DNA of 64,000 nt, taken from the NCBI GenBank assembly GCA_965371785.1, contig CBDUZS010000001.1, forward strand, positions 5,297 through 69,296, read 5' to 3'. Under the pieces are notes generated by a model. The model worked only from the letters and a program-made list of their open reading frames with translations. It searched no databases and had not been told where the DNA came from. A program made the position numbers and the translations under genes. Source of the stretch: an uncultured bacterium (GTDB taxonomy: Bacteria > Fermentibacterota > Fermentibacteria > Fermentibacterales > JCC-6). How positions within the stretch are numbered: position 1 is the stretch's first letter; every line of letters begins with the position of its first letter. Shown piece after piece: positions 10,153 through 18,586 of the stretch.

Positions 10153-11010
10153 CTAGCGCTCGAGTACGACCCTGAGGTCTTCCATCTTCTTTGGAGAGCG
10201 TTTTTCAACTGCCGTCATGATGGTGCCGGAACCTGCACAGCAGCCGCATGCCGCGTCATCCTGCTCGTGAAGCATGTGAAGTGCATTGCTGAGGATCGTG
10301 CGGGCGTTTTCCACGTTGGCCTGCACGTTGGCGATAACGGTTTCTATCGTGACATCCTCTTCGGTCTCGTGCCAGACATCGTAGTCGGTGGACATCGCCA
10401 TGATGGCGTAGCAGATGCCCGCCTCGCGGGCAAGCTTGGCTTCGGGCAGGGCGGTCATGCCTATGATCGCTGCGCCGGTAGATCTGTAGAACAGGCTCTC
10501 CGCACGGGTCGAGAAGGCCGGGCCTTCCATCACCACCATGGTTCCCCCCGGGTGAACAACCGAGCCGTTATCCCTTGCGGCGGCGATCAGGATATTCCGG
10601 AGCCTGTCGCAGAACGGGTCTCCGAAGCTGACATGGGCGACAACGCCTTCACCGAAGAACGTCGAAACCCTGTTGCTTCCGGTCCTGTCGAAGAGTTGAT
10701 CTGGAATAACGAAATGCCTTGGCTCTATCTGCAGTTTCAGGCTGCCGACAGCGGAAGCAGAGATGATCGTGCGGACTCCTGATGCCTTCATGGCATAGAT
10801 ATTCGCAGCATAGGGCACTTCCGAAGGAGTGAGGATATGACCGATACCGTGCCTGGGGAGGAAGGCGACAGGAACCTTATCGTAATGCCCGAGGATCAGA
10901 GGTCCCGATGGGCTTCCGAATGGAGTTTCCTCGTTGACCTCACGCTCCACCTCGAACCCGGGAATGTCGTAGATCCCGGATCCTCCTATGATGCCGACTC
11001 TCCCGTCCAT
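10153..11010 (-). CDS. mtnP: S-methyl-5'-thioadenosine phosphorylase
   Basis: IGGSGIY, TPFGSPS, FLPRHG, YAANIYA, EGPAFSTRAES, IGMTALPEAKLAREA, TDYDVW. Confidence 0.93.
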   Translation of the reverse strand: MDGRVGIIGGSGIYDIPGFEVEREVNEETPFGSPSGPLILGHYDKVPVAFLPRHGIGHILTPSEVPYAANIYAMKASGVRTIISASAVGSLKLQIEPRHFVIPDQLFDRTGSNRVSTFFGEGVVAHVSFGDPFCDRLRNILIAAARDNGSVVHPGGTMVVMEGPAFSTRAESLFYRSTGAAIIGMTALPEAKLAREAGICYAIMAMSTDYDVWHETEEDVTIETVIANVQANVENARTILSNALHMLHEQDDAACGCCAGSGTIMTAVEKRSPKKMEDLRVVLER

Positions 11011-11087
11011 TATCTTCCTCCAGCCGGATTGTGTTGTGTGCTCCGATGCAGAATATACACCGGTGTCCGTTCACGGGGAGGAACCTC

Positions 11088-12128
11088 TTGCAGAGAACAG
11101 GGAAAGCTCGCATCAGCGGGATGACGTATGATGATCTGGAACAATGGCTGTCCGGTGAGCTGCGGATGAAGCCTTTCAGAGCTTCTCAGATCTTCAAGTG
11201 GATCCACTTGAGGGGAGTATCCTCGTTCTCCGACATGACCGATCTCGGCAAGAGCGCCAGAACGGAACTTGCAGGGAAAGCTTCCATCACCGTCCTTGGA
11301 GAAAGCTCGACCCGGACGGCAGAAGACGGAACGGTAAAAGCGGTAATGTTGCTCGAGGATGACATGCTGATCGAATCAGTCCTCATCCCGGAGAAGAGTC
11401 GCCTGACTGCCTGTCTCTCGACTCAGGTCGGCTGCAGAATGGGCTGCACTTTCTGTATGACGGGCATCAGGGGATTCAGGAGAAACCTCTGTACCGATGA
11501 GATAGTAGCACAGCTCTACTTCCTGAGGAACATTTCCCCCGGGAGGATATCCAACGTGGTGCTCATGGGTATGGGAGAGCCTTTCGACAACATCGAACCG
11601 GTAGCTGACGCACTGGCGATAATCACGGATGATCGCGGTATCTGTATAGGGTCCCGTAAGATAACGGTTTCCACTATCGGTCTTCCCGGATCACTCGAGC
11701 AGTTCTCGAAGCTCCCGGGCCAGTACGGTCTTGCGATTTCGCTCCACTCCGCAGTCGGCAGAACCAGGGAGAAGCTGATACCCGCTTCCCGCTCATTCCC
11801 TCTGCCCGAACTCAGGAAAGCGCTGATAGATTTCGCGGTAGCGAAGAAGCGAAGGGTGACCATCGAATACTGCCTGATTCAAGGGGTGAACGACTCACTG
11901 GCAGAAGCCGAAGCACTCGTCCGTTTTGCAGCGGGTATTCCATGCAAGATCAACCTCATGGTGTACAACCCTGTTGAAGGGCTTTCGCTTGCACCGCCCA
12001 GGGAGGATACAGTCTCGGCGTTTACCGAGTTCCTCTACCCGAGATGCCCCGCAGTTATCCTGCGCAAACCGCGGGGGGCGGGGATAGGCGCAGCCTGCGG
12101 GCAGCTAGGTTCCTCTCTCGAAAGGTGA
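11088..12128 (+). CDS. rlmN: Dual-specificity rRNA/tRNA methyltransferase (radical SAM)
   Basis: CLSTQVGCRMGCTFC, MGMGEPFDN, ISLHS, C-terminal AACGQL. TTG start at 11088 follows GGAGG. Confidence 0.93.
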   Translation: MQRTGKARISGMTYDDLEQWLSGELRMKPFRASQIFKWIHLRGVSSFSDMTDLGKSARTELAGKASITVLGESSTRTAEDGTVKAVMLLEDDMLIESVLIPEKSRLTACLSTQVGCRMGCTFCMTGIRGFRRNLCTDEIVAQLYFLRNISPGRISNVVLMGMGEPFDNIEPVADALAIITDDRGICIGSRKITVSTIGLPGSLEQFSKLPGQYGLAISLHSAVGRTREKLIPASRSFPLPELRKALIDFAVAKKRRVTIEYCLIQGVNDSLAEAEALVRFAAGIPCKINLMVYNPVEGLSLAPPREDTVSAFTEFLYPRCPAVILRKPRGAGIGAACGQLGSSLER

Positions 12129-12133
12129 CCGCC

Positions 12134-12829
12134 ATGGAGATGAAGTACGACTGGATTCTCTTCGATGCAGACGGCACGCTTTTCGATTACTGCAAAGCCG
12201 AAGCGGCAGCTCTCGAGAATACGTGCAGACAATGGGGTATCCCCTTTTCCGGGGAAGTCATGGAGCTCTATCGCGAAATCAACGAAAAGGTCTGGTTCGA
12301 TTTCGAGAACGGAAGAATCACATCTGATCGGCTCAGGACGAAAAGGTTCGAGATCCTGTTTCGCGAAATCGGAGTCGAATCGGACACCGGGTCGTTCAGT
12401 GCCGGTTATCTGTCTGCTCTTTCCTCGAGAACAGATCTTCTTGAAGGAGCACAGGACCTGCTCGAAAGCATTTCGGGCAGTATCCGTATGGTGCTGATCA
12501 CCAACGGTCTCAGGGAAGTTCAGAGGGCCAGAGTCGCGAACTCGAGCATCGGACAACACTTTGAAGACGTAGTGATATCAGAGGAAACCGGTTACGCCAA
12601 ACCTGACAGGTGCATCTTCGAGGTGGCATTCGACAGAATGGGAAATCCCGGAAGAGACAGGGTTCTGATGGTGGGAGACAGTCTGACCTCTGATATCCGT
12701 GGAGGCAACAACTACGGAATCGACACGTGCTGGTTCAATCCTTCGGGACAAGCCTGCGATCAGGATGTCAGAATAGATTACGAGATAACACATCTCGATG
12801 AGCTTCGCGGCATCATCGGTAAAAGGTAA
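12134..12829 (+). CDS. YjjG-family HAD pyrimidine nucleotidase
   Basis: LFDADGTLFDY, ITNG, ISEETGYAKPD, MVGDSLTSDIRGG. Confidence 0.88.
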   Translation: MEMKYDWILFDADGTLFDYCKAEAAALENTCRQWGIPFSGEVMELYREINEKVWFDFENGRITSDRLRTKRFEILFREIGVESDTGSFSAGYLSALSSRTDLLEGAQDLLESISGSIRMVLITNGLREVQRARVANSSIGQHFEDVVISEETGYAKPDRCIFEVAFDRMGNPGRDRVLMVGDSLTSDIRGGNNYGIDTCWFNPSGQACDQDVRIDYEITHLDELRGIIGKR

Positions 12830-12850
12830 CCGGGCAACCGATCCTCTCCG

Positions 12851-13420
12851 CTAGAAAACAATCCCTGCATATATGGTCAGACCGGAAAGGTCCTTCTTCT
12901 CCTCGCCGGCAAGTGCTCCCCCCATTGGAATCCATTCGGGAGACACGATCAGATCGAGAAACGTCTCGTCGGAGAGCTTGAGCCTTGCTCCGATTTCAAG
13001 ACCGATGACGCCTCCTCCGGTTGTGGACGTCTCAAGGCTGTCTGATTCCGCGCTGTCCCATGCGAGCAGGCCTCCAGCGTAGACGCCCACAAGAGGTTCG
13101 AGCCCCCTCGGACCCGCATACGGTCTGTAGAAGGGGTAGGACCTGTACCCGAACACAAGCGGTATTGCGTTTACGGCATCCCATCCGGCCCTGTCCGAAG
13201 ACGCAAGACGGTAACCTGTCTTGAGGAATATTATGTCTCCCATTTCCATCGGTATCTCAATGGACAAAGCAATACCAGGCCCTGCCTGCAATTCGGAATC
13301 GGAGTCTATCAGCCCGGGAATCCAGGCGCCCCCCCCGAAACTGAAGTCCAGGCTTCCCCTGTCCGATGCAGCTGAGGTCGCAGCAGCAACCAGTAACACG
13401 GCAATGACAAAATATCTCAT
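12851..13420 (-). CDS. Small outer-membrane beta-barrel protein
   Basis: Signal peptide, alternating amphipathic strands, terminal Phe (YAGIVF). Confidence 0.7.
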   Translation of the reverse strand: MRYFVIAVLLVAAATSAASDRGSLDFSFGGGAWIPGLIDSDSELQAGPGIALSIEIPMEMGDIIFLKTGYRLASSDRAGWDAVNAIPLVFGYRSYPFYRPYAGPRGLEPLVGVYAGGLLAWDSAESDSLETSTTGGGVIGLEIGARLKLSDETFLDLIVSPEWIPMGGALAGEEKKDLSGLTIYAGIVF

Positions 13421-13432
13421 CGTACTCCCTCC

Positions 13433-13966
13433 TCAGGCTTCTATGCCCTTGCGGGCCTGAAGGTTTTCCGTTGCATAGTAGTGTTTCTTTTCGACCATTT
13501 CGGTTACGAGATCGGCAACCTCGATCAGGCTCTCGGGAGCATACCTGCCGGTGAGTATCAGCTCGACATCATGAGGCCGTGCTCGAACGAGATCAAGGGC
13601 GGAATCTCTGCTGACAAGACCCATGTGAACCGCAACGTTCAGTTCATCGGCAACTACAACCTGAAAATCTCCCGACAGCATTGCTGCTGCGAGCCGGGAA
13701 AGACCGTCAACTGCCAGAGAAATGTCCTCCTGAGATGGCTCTTCCCCCTTGCCGATCAGTGCGGCATCTCCGTACTGCTCTATGACGATTCTTCGGGGAA
13801 AATACTCCGGAAGCGACAGCTCGGCGCAGTCGCGCCCCTTCATGAACTGACCGATGTAAACCCTCAGACCGGCACATGCCGCCCTGACTGCAAGCCCCAG
13901 AGCAGCAGTCGTCTTGCCCTTGCCATTACCGGTGTAGATCTGGAAGCGGCCCTCGAATGCCATCAT
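13433..13966 (-). CDS. btuR: Cob(I)alamin/cob(I)yrinate adenosyltransferase (BtuR/CobO family)
   Basis: YTGNGKGKTTAALGLA, QFMKG, DELNVA, ELILTGRYAP, ADLVTEM, ARKGIE. Confidence 0.92.
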   Translation of the reverse strand: MMAFEGRFQIYTGNGKGKTTAALGLAVRAACAGLRVYIGQFMKGRDCAELSLPEYFPRRIVIEQYGDAALIGKGEEPSQEDISLAVDGLSRLAAAMLSGDFQVVVADELNVAVHMGLVSRDSALDLVRARPHDVELILTGRYAPESLIEVADLVTEMVEKKHYYATENLQARKGIEA

Positions 13967-14080
13967 CCCCCATCCTTCTAAACGATTTCTATATCGATAA
14001 CCCTCTCAGGTTCCATCGAGAGGAAACGCTACCTAACTGATAACACAATCCGACTCTGGCTGCTCATGGCAGCCAGGGAT

Positions 14081-14109
14081 TTGTCTATCTGTACGGAATC
14101 TGATAGTAT
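14081..14109 (+). promoter_or_regulatory. Sigma70-type promoter
   Basis: TTGTCT-17 bp-TAGTAT with an extended TG; AAGGAGG RBS before ATG 14152. Confidence 0.5.
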
Positions 14110-14151
14110 TGGAGTGTATGACTACTGCTGAATACAAGGAGGTATTGTACC

Positions 14152-14832
14152 ATGAGGCTGTCGATGATACTCATGATCGCAGTGATTTTCCTCGCACACT
14201 CGGATGTTCTCTTCAGCGACGACTTCAACGATGGCAATGCAAACGGATGGTTCGAATTCCCGGGCGCCACCTACGAGGTTATCGACGGAGAGTACTGCTT
14301 CTGGGGAGGTACAGAATCCTCCATCGCACATTCTTTCAGCGGTGATGCATACGGTTACATGAGCGTTCCGGATTACTCATTTCTTGCATCGGTGAACATC
14401 GAAGCAGGTATAATGATCGGTCAGATGGTTCGATTCAGTTACACTTCAGACTACATGTACTTGCTCTGTTTCGGAAGTGAATTCTTCGGGCTGGCTCTGG
14501 CTCGAGCCGATCAGAATAACTTCTACCTGCTCGATATCTACCCGATGGTTCTCGATTACAACCAGGACTACTGGATGAGGTTCGAGATAGAGGGAGATGT
14601 GCTCGGAGGAAAGATCTGGAGCGGAACGCCAGGGGATGAACCTCTCGAGTGGATGGTGTATGCCACCGATGGTTTCGTGAGCAATCCCGGCTCGGTTGCA
14701 CTTTTCTGCATGGCTTCCGGTAAAGACTGCATGGTTCCAAGTGCCTGCAAGTTCGATGATGTTGTCGTAACCGATGAGCTGAGCCTCGAGCTTTGCTCAC
14801 GGAGCTGGGCCGCGATCAAGTCATCTTTCTGA
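14152..14832 (+). CDS. Secreted beta-sandwich (lectin/DUF1080-like) protein with a C-terminal SWAAIKSSF tail
   Basis: Signal peptide; LFSDDFNDGNANGW start and FDDVVV end are typical of concanavalin-like domains; C-terminal W-A-x-I-K motif. Confidence 0.65.
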   Translation: MRLSMILMIAVIFLAHSDVLFSDDFNDGNANGWFEFPGATYEVIDGEYCFWGGTESSIAHSFSGDAYGYMSVPDYSFLASVNIEAGIMIGQMVRFSYTSDYMYLLCFGSEFFGLALARADQNNFYLLDIYPMVLDYNQDYWMRFEIEGDVLGGKIWSGTPGDEPLEWMVYATDGFVSNPGSVALFCMASGKDCMVPSACKFDDVVVTDELSLELCSRSWAAIKSSF

Positions 14833-14868
14833 AGAATCGATTCCCTACCCAAAGGAAGTGCTGCGGCG

Positions 14869-15321
14869 ATGAGAAGGAAAGACAAGGAGATAACCGACAG
14901 GCAGGAGATTGACGAGATAATCTCCAGCTGCATCACGTGCAGGATCGCCATGTGCAATGACGACACACCGTACATCGTCTCGGTGAACTACGGCTACGAG
15001 GACAACAGTCTTTTCATCCACTGTGCGACGGAGGGAAAGAAGCTCGACATGATAAGACGGAACAGCCACGTCTGCTTCGAAATGGAAACCGGCTGCGAAC
15101 TCAGGAGATCACCCGTACTCGGTGAATGGAGCATGAAGTACAGAAGTGTGATAGGCTGGGGCCGCGCAACCATCATCGAGGACAGCAAAGCAAAGATCCA
15201 GGCTCTGAACGTACTCATGCGCCACCACAAGGGTCCCGAAGGGCCCTACCCTCAGAAGATCGTTGACGAGGTTGCGATAATCAGAATCGATATCGAAAGC
15301 CTGACCGGTAAGAAAAGTTAG
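14869..15321 (+). CDS. Pyridoxamine 5'-phosphate oxidase-like flavin-binding protein (NimA/NimC-like)
   Basis: MRRKDKEI, PYIVSVNYG, HCATEGKKLDMIRRNSHVCFE, YRSVIGWG, LTGKK. Confidence 0.88.
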   Translation: MRRKDKEITDRQEIDEIISSCITCRIAMCNDDTPYIVSVNYGYEDNSLFIHCATEGKKLDMIRRNSHVCFEMETGCELRRSPVLGEWSMKYRSVIGWGRATIIEDSKAKIQALNVLMRHHKGPEGPYPQKIVDEVAIIRIDIESLTGKKS

Positions 15322-16649
15322 TACCGATCGAGATACCTCTTGAGCTCCCAGCCGTGAATCACCCTGATGTACTCGTCCCACTCCCGTCTCTTGTTCAGCA
15401 GAAAATGCTCGAAGATGTGATCGCCCAGTGCCTCCTTCAGAAGCTTGTCCTTCTCCAGGAAATCAAGTGCCTCGTCCAGGCTCGATGGCAGTTGCGTTAT
15501 CTTCAGCCTGCGCTTCTCCCGCTGGCTCATCTTGAAGATGTTCCTGTTCACCGGCTCGCCGCAATCGATCTTCCTCTCTATGCCGTCGAGCCCGGCAGCC
15601 AGAATCACAGACATTGCCAGGTATGGATTGCATGATGGATCAGGCACTCTGACCTCACACCGGGTTTCAACACCGCGGGATGCAGGCATCCTTATCAACG
15701 GTGAGCGGTTCTTCTCCGACCATGCCACGTTGACCGGAGCCTCGTAGCCCGGCACCAGGCGTTTATATGAATTCACAAGTGGATTGGTAACCGCCACAAA
15801 GGATCTTGCATGCTCGAGAAGCCCTCCAATAAAGCCCATTGTTGTCTCGGAGAGTCCGTACGCTCCATCAGGATCGTTGAATGCGTTCTCTCCCGAAAGG
15901 TTGAACAGAGACATGTTAATGTGCATGCCGGAACCGTTCTCACTCGAGAGAGGTTTCGGCATGAACGTTGCATGGAGCCCGTGCATGAGAGCGACCTTCT
16001 TAACGACGAACCTGAAGGTGATGATGTTGTCTGCAGTGGTGACCGCATCCTCGTACTTGAAATCTATTTCGTGCTGACCGGGCGCAACCTCGTGATGTGC
16101 CGCTTCCACTTCGTATCCCATTGCTTCGAGGACAAGGGCGATATCCCTCCGTGCTTCCTCTCCCCTGTCAACGGGTGAGAGGTCGAAGTAACTGCCCTTG
16201 TCATGAGTCTTTGCGACGGGAGCTCCATCTCCGTCACACTGGAAGAGGAAGAACTCGGCTTCCGGACCGGCCATCACCCTGAAACCCATGGTTTTGGCTT
16301 TGTTCACTACACGTTTGAGGGCGGTTCTCGGGCACCCTTCGAACGGTGATCCGTCAGGAAGTGCGATATCGCAGATGAGCCTGCCCACGCGGCCATGCTC
16401 GGTCTCCCAGGGAAAGACGGCAAAAGTGTCGAGATCGGTAAGGAGGAGCATGTCAGACTCCTCGATTCTGGTGAACCCCTCGATCGAAGAACCGTCGAAC
16501 ATCACCCTGCCATCAAGAGCCTTTTCGAACTGACTCTGAGGGATCTCCACGTTCTTTATTATTCCATCGATATCGGAGAACTGCAGCCTGAGGAAGTGTA
16601 CGTTTCTTTCGTCGCATTCTTTGAGAATCTCGCTTGCTTTGTCTGACAT
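15318..16649 (-). CDS. glnA: Glutamine synthetase type I
   Basis: FDGSSIEGF, GPEAEFFLF, HHEVAPGQHEI, ATFMPKP, NGSGMH, NSYKRLVPGYEAP. ATG 16649 follows AAGGAG. Confidence 0.95.
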   Translation of the reverse strand: MSDKASEILKECDERNVHFLRLQFSDIDGIIKNVEIPQSQFEKALDGRVMFDGSSIEGFTRIEESDMLLLTDLDTFAVFPWETEHGRVGRLICDIALPDGSPFEGCPRTALKRVVNKAKTMGFRVMAGPEAEFFLFQCDGDGAPVAKTHDKGSYFDLSPVDRGEEARRDIALVLEAMGYEVEAAHHEVAPGQHEIDFKYEDAVTTADNIITFRFVVKKVALMHGLHATFMPKPLSSENGSGMHINMSLFNLSGENAFNDPDGAYGLSETTMGFIGGLLEHARSFVAVTNPLVNSYKRLVPGYEAPVNVAWSEKNRSPLIRMPASRGVETRCEVRVPDPSCNPYLAMSVILAAGLDGIERKIDCGEPVNRNIFKMSQREKRRLKITQLPSSLDEALDFLEKDKLLKEALGDHIFEHFLLNKRREWDEYIRVIHGWELKRYLDRY

Positions 16650-16678
16650 ATTGCGGCTCCTTTCGGTGTCATTACGCA

Positions 16679-16708
16679 AATCTACAGAGCTAGGCAAGCA
16701 AATGTCAA
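16679..16708 (-). promoter_or_regulatory. Probable glnA promoter
   Basis: Minus strand TTGACA-18 bp-TAGATT, about 30 bp upstream of the start codon. Confidence 0.5.
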
Positions 16709-16858
16709 TATATTTTGTGCGTAGTGAGCATGTTTATGCGTTCACTATGCAACTTGGCATCTATTTGGCGCATTCTGGATTATCTGAGCCCTGAATCAGG
16801 CCACAACTGCAAGCACAAATAGCTGTGTCACAAGGTGTAATGCTGTTTCCATTTCAGA

Positions 16859-16881
16859 AGTTCTAATCCCGTACGGGGTGG
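16859..16881 (+). repeat. Cassette-boundary repeat R1 (degenerate, 5-bp deletion)
   Basis: AGTTCTAA-----TCCCGTACGGGGTGG aligns with R2-R4 and shares the downstream GTAGA with R2. Confidence 0.65.
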
Positions 16882-16888
16882 TAGACAC

Positions 16889-16916
16889 TTGACATCCGAA
16901 CCCAATATGCTACTGT
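16889..16916 (+). promoter_or_regulatory. Sigma70-type promoter carried inside cassette 1
   Basis: TTGACA-16 bp-TACTGT with an extended TG, followed by AGGAGG. Confidence 0.55.
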
Positions 16917-16931
16917 ACGATAGGAGGTTGG

Positions 16932-18407
16932 GTGATGCGCTGTTTAATCCTTCTCCTTCCTACCGTCATTTCCGCAGCAACTCTGCATGTACCGGGTGAC
17001 TATCCTGCCATTCAGGAAGCCATTGATACTTCTACTGATGGTGACACTGTGCTTGTGGCGCCAGGAACTTACGTGGAGAACATCGACTTCAATGGAAAGA
17101 ACATTGTGCTGAAGAGCGAACTCGATGCCGATGTCACGATCATTGAGGCTGCTGGCACTGGACCCGTTGTGTGTTTCGAGAACGGAGAAACTTCTGCAGC
17201 AATACTAGAGGGTTTCACTGTCTGTGGGGGCTATGGCTCCTCTGGTCATGGGCTAAGGATCTTTTCAAGTGATCCTACAGTGATCGGTAATATTATCACC
17301 GGGAATCTAGTGACGGCGAGTATGTTTTTTGGGCGCGGAGCAGGAATATTCTGTTATGACTCAGAATCCATCATTCAGGGGAATTACATCTGCAACAACA
17401 CTGTGTCGATAAGCGGCTATATGTCTGCAGTACGGGGTGCAGGGATATACATTTATGGTGGATCTCCCTTTTTTATGAATAACCATATACTGAACAATGT
17501 AGGCATCTTGACGGACATCCACGAATTTGTAGAGGGGATAGCAGTCTTTGTGAAGTTAAGTGAACTTGAAGTGGTTAACTGCGTCGTCGCTGGAAACACA
17601 CGTGAGGGGTATTACCCACTGGGTGGTGTGCACACATTCATGGTGATTCTAGCTGATTCAACGATTCTCACAAACGTCACGATCGCTTTTAATGAAGGCG
17701 TTGGCATCACACTGCGTGCCAGTACCGGATGCACTATCAGAAACTCCATAGTGTGGGAGAATGATCCATATTATCACTGGAGCATTCAGCTCGTGAATAC
17801 AAGTCAGGTTCTGGTTGAATACTGTGACATTCAGTTCGGTCAGCATTCGATCTGTTCGGCGACAGGCAGTACATTCACCTGGGGTGAAGGCAATATCGAA
17901 GATGATCCTATCTTCTTCGATGGGGGGATCCTTAGCGATTATCACCTCACACAAGGGCTTTCCCCCTGCATCGATGCGGGTCATCCAGGTCTTGCATTCA
18001 ACGATCCGGAAGATCCGGTTGCGCCTGAATATGCTCTCTGGCCTGCACTTGGGGGGCTTCGAAACGATATGGGTGCCTACGGTGGTCCGGGAGCCATATA
18101 CTGGAGTAAGCCAGGCACAGGCATTGGTGTACATTCAGAGCCAGTTCAACCTTGGACGCCTGCCCTGGTCGGTGTCTTTCCCAATCCCTCACAGAATGCT
18201 CCTGTCATAGCTTTTGATCTGCCTGAAATGGCTGACGTTCACTTCACGGTATTTGACATTACTGGTCGCCTTGTAGACTCCGTGCAGAGCACGTACTCCT
18301 CGGGCAGTCATTATGTGGTTCTCAATTATCTTGTGCCAGGTATCTACCTCGTGCGAATGACCACTGGAGATTTCACCGCAACACAACGCTTCGTTGTTAT
18401 AGAGTAG
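16932..18407 (+). CDS. Secreted right-handed beta-helix (pectin-lyase fold) protein with a T9SS type-A-like C-terminal domain
   Basis: ATLHVPGDYPAIQEAID...GDTVLVAPGTYVENIDF, Asn-ladder repeats, SPCIDAG, RNDMGAYGG, C-terminal FPNPS...VFDITGRLV...PGIYLVRM. Confidence 0.85.
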   Translation: MMRCLILLLPTVISAATLHVPGDYPAIQEAIDTSTDGDTVLVAPGTYVENIDFNGKNIVLKSELDADVTIIEAAGTGPVVCFENGETSAAILEGFTVCGGYGSSGHGLRIFSSDPTVIGNIITGNLVTASMFFGRGAGIFCYDSESIIQGNYICNNTVSISGYMSAVRGAGIYIYGGSPFFMNNHILNNVGILTDIHEFVEGIAVFVKLSELEVVNCVVAGNTREGYYPLGGVHTFMVILADSTILTNVTIAFNEGVGITLRASTGCTIRNSIVWENDPYYHWSIQLVNTSQVLVEYCDIQFGQHSICSATGSTFTWGEGNIEDDPIFFDGGILSDYHLTQGLSPCIDAGHPGLAFNDPEDPVAPEYALWPALGGLRNDMGAYGGPGAIYWSKPGTGIGVHSEPVQPWTPALVGVFPNPSQNAPVIAFDLPEMADVHFTVFDITGRLVDSVQSTYSSGSHYVVLNYLVPGIYLVRMTTGDFTATQRFVVIE

Positions 18408-18414
18408 CTGCCAG

Positions 18415-18442
18415 AGTTCTAAAAGTATCCACTACGGGGTAG
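18415..18442 (+). repeat. Cassette-boundary repeat R2 (28 bp)
   Basis: AGTTCTAAAAGTATCCACTACGGGGTAG, 7 bp after the stop of the beta-helix gene. Confidence 0.85.
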
Positions 18443-18586
18443 TAGAGTTCGAGAAGTGTACGATATGGTCTACAATTAGAACTTGCATGTTACACATGCT
18501 ATTTGCCAAATCACCTACCAAGATACTCCCGGTATGGTTATAGTCATTCCGAATCCATTCGAACCTGTTCTTAGGATGGTCCGAGT

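Noticed and set aside
13967-14080. Possible cobalamin riboswitch upstream of btuR
   Set aside because: Only a short CTGGCTGC/GCAGCCAG hairpin; no B12-box motifs and too little room.
16755-16770. Sigma54-like TGGCATCTATTTGGCG
   Set aside because: The -12 element is imperfect, it faces away from glnA, and the downstream gene has its own sigma70-type promoter.
17430-17439. GTACGGGGTG match to the repeat's right arm
   Set aside because: It lies inside the coding sequence with no left arm; probably chance.
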